From: Prorocentrum cordatum
Lineage: Eukaryota
Assembly: GCA_963575745.1 (NCBI GenBank)
Contig: CAUYUJ010000269.1
Coordinates: 1-64,000, forward strand
Length of the DNA: 64,000 nucleotides
Reading direction: 5' to 3'
A program made the translations under genes and the position numbers. The notes beneath the pieces are model-generated. The model was not told where the DNA came from and searched no databases. It saw nothing but the letters and a program-made list of their open reading frames with translations. This document shows positions 61,808 to 64,000 of the stretch, piece after piece; positions within the stretch are counted from its first letter, which is position 1; each line of letters begins with the position of its first letter.

Positions 61808-62352
61808 AAACTGGTGGGAATCAGGCTGGGGCCACTTCAATCGTGAAAAGGCTAAACGCCAGGGCAGCTCGAGCAAAGGGCCAGGGTCTCAGGGGCCCGA
61901 GGGATGGAGCTGGGCCCGAAACGGCGCAATGACCATGTAACGCAACGCCTGGCGCCTGCGTGAGAGCGCTCGTTGGCTTACCCGTGGACGCGCGGTGGCG
62001 TGCCTGCCGTGACATGGTTGTGATGGCGGCGCGTTGTCACTGCCCACCCCTCTCCTCGCATAAACTCGGCTCGCCCACGAGACCCCATCCCTATGACAGC
62101 GGCGCACGGGAGCGAGGGGCGGTGAAAGGGGGGCCCCGCGGGACGGCCGCGGATGCGGCGGAGAGGGGGAACGAAAATACGACTGGTGGGGAGTCAAGCG
62201 GAGGTCGGCTTAAACGGGAAAAGGCTAAACGCCAGGGCAGCTCGGGCAACGGGTCAGGGTCTCAGGGGCCAGAAGGTGGAGCTGGTCCCGAAACGGCGCA
62301 ACGACTATGTGACGCAACGCCTGGCGCCTGCGTGAGGGCGCTCGTTGGCTTG
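61808..62352. repeat. Diverged direct duplication (about 170 bp conserved, about 370-bp offset)
   Basis: AAAAGGCTAAACGCCAGGGCAGCTCG...GCGCTCGTTGGCTT at about 61846-61980 and 62219-62351. Confidence 0.85.
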
Positions 62353-62759
62353 CTCGTTGGTCTGCCCGTGGTCGTTTGTGAGACGATGTGGTGGCGAAGC
62401 TGCTGGCGGCGACGCGAGTCTGGAGCCAGTTGGTGCCGTGGGGTTTGGCGGTTTGCCCCGAACCTCCACGACTTCCACGACAGCGCTGCACAAAAATGGG
62501 CGGTGGACCCCCAAGGAGAAAACACTGCTGGGGGTCAGCAAGGTGTTGTTTTCGCATGTTCTGAGCACCGAGCCCATTGGTCAGAGGACTGGGAGGCGGC
62601 GCTGAGGGAGATGGTGAGCAGATGATGGGGTGGTGGAGAGGCTGTGATACGTGGCGAGGTCTCGTTCAGATCTACGTGGCTGGGGAATGAGCCTCGCCCT
62701 AGCCCTCGCTCGGTCCTCTCGCCAGTTGCTGCTTGGACAGGATAGCGGCTGAATTGCCA

Positions 62760-63116
62760 CTTGCGAGACGCCTTGTGCAGGACGCCCGGCTCGATCGACG
62801 TGTCCCGAATGATCACGGGCAGCCCTCGCACGAACGACGTCTGGAACTGTCGTGCAAGGCGTTCGCCGTCTTCGCGAAGGGACTGCACAGCAACGACGAT
62901 CTCTTCCTCCCGGGTAGACAGGGCGGGCCAGGCAACAACAGGGCCCGGCACGCTGCCGGTGCGCGACAGGGACAGGGCCTGGCACGCTGTCGTGAGCAGG
63001 AGGGCCTGGAATGCCCTCGTCAGCAGCGCTGCTGGCGTCCGCCTCGGCACTGCGGCAGGCGGCAGCGCGGACCGTCGCGACGCCGATGCAGATGCCGCCC
63101 CCTGGGCGGGCGGCAT
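62760..63116 (-). CDS. Possible first exon of an unknown membrane-targeted protein
   Basis: Hydrophobic AALLTRAFQALLLTTACQALSL, then globular-looking EIVVAVQSLREDGERLARQFQTSFVRGLPVII. Possible AAG|GC donor. No downstream exon identified. Confidence 0.3.
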
Positions 63117-63761
63117 ATTTGAGGGCCTTCTGGGCGGAGTCGGGGGCGTCGGAGTGGTCAGCCCAGGGAGTGGCCATTCAGATTGGTGGCGACCCGGGTG
63201 GCATGGATGTGCCCGAGGAGGCCGAAGGTGTCGTTCACGGCATCCTCCTTGTTGCTCGGCGGCAGGTTCTCGACTAGGATGGCGCAGCGGTCCTCGTCGT
63301 CAGACGGGTCTCTGCCCCCGTGGGGTCCCGTGGAGGCAGGCAAGGGTGGGGTTGCAACCATGCCCATCGCCGGGTCCCCTCCCCCGTCAACTGGAGGGAA
63401 AGCAGCCACGGCTGGAGTGGTAATGCCTCGGCCCCGCCCTTGCTTGCGTACCTGCCACCTTATCGGTGGCTGGGTAGGCGCAGGCGTGGGTGCAAGCTTG
63501 GGCATCTTCGGTTTCCTTCCAGCGGCGTCTCTGGGCGTGGTGGATGGTGGACTCGATGTTCTGCTGCAACTGATCTTCCCTCGCGTACGCGACCGCGGGG
63601 AGGAATGTCGGGAGGACACATGGGCCGTAGTCGCCGTAGTAGTCCTCGAACTCCTTCTGGTAGCCGCACTGATTGTCCCAGTGGCCAGGCGGCCTGGCGG
63701 GGCAGCCGATGTCGACCATGGACGGGACGCAGTCGAGCGCCTACGGGTTGAGCTGCGGTTT
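63113..63761 (-). pseudogene. Degenerate RRM preceded by a PAM2-like motif
   Basis: ILVENLPPSNKEDAVNDTFGLLGHIHATRVATNLNGHSLG*, then shifted frame HSDAPDSAQKALKY. KPQLNP*ALDCVP at 63723-63761. Confidence 0.5.
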
Positions 63762-64000
63762 CCTATCTCTGCTGTTGCTGACCTCGGTATGGTCGCAGGC
63801 GCTGGTGCTGGCGTGTGGGTCAATACGCTCGTTGATGTGGTTCCCGAGCTTCGACTTGACAGCGTCGCAGTGCTCTCCGCTCGGGCCTGCCGCGCCGACA
63901 GGGATGGCGATGCCCCGTACCCTATAAGTCCCCTCCGTGCTCGGGCCGTGTAGCCTAGCCGTTTGTGGTCGTGGTAAGCTCGCCTCGTCATCCCGAGGCC

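Noticed and set aside
1..64000. rRNA, tRNA, an intact SL RNA gene or telomeric repeats
   Set aside because: None recognised by eye. A covariance-model search (tRNAscan-SE, Infernal/Rfam) would be needed to exclude them.

Overview
Eukaryotic, GC-rich, repeat-saturated DNA. Spliced-leader relics, GC/GA splice donors and the repeat style point to a dinoflagellate (Prorocentrum-like; inference). Most long ORFs in the track are microsatellite artefacts. The supportable content is: (1) a very large minus-strand multi-exon gene, with short exons scattered from about 59.7 kb to 13.1 kb, that splices into a complete MYND zinc finger preceded by a Met-rich DP/STI1-like segment; (2) two nearly intronless secretory-pathway genes on the same strand lying between its exons, a PDI/thioredoxin (WCGHC, predicted spliced C-terminus KQEL) and a VWD-like protein, each preceded by tandem degenerate dinoflagellate spliced-leader (DinoSL) relics, so probably recycled mRNAs (retrogenes); (3) a young 5'-truncated RT-RNase H LINE inserted in a (GGA)n microsatellite with an 18-bp candidate target-site duplication (TSD), plus two decayed LINEs; (4) a MITE family with 8-bp TSDs whose empty sites are present in this window, a second MITE with CCAGG flanks, several satellite-carrying elements with short inverted ends, and a foldback-like array; (5) degenerate PPR and PAM2/RRM fragments; (6) many micro- and minisatellites and one 100-N gap. 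All exon models were read by eye and lack transcript support.
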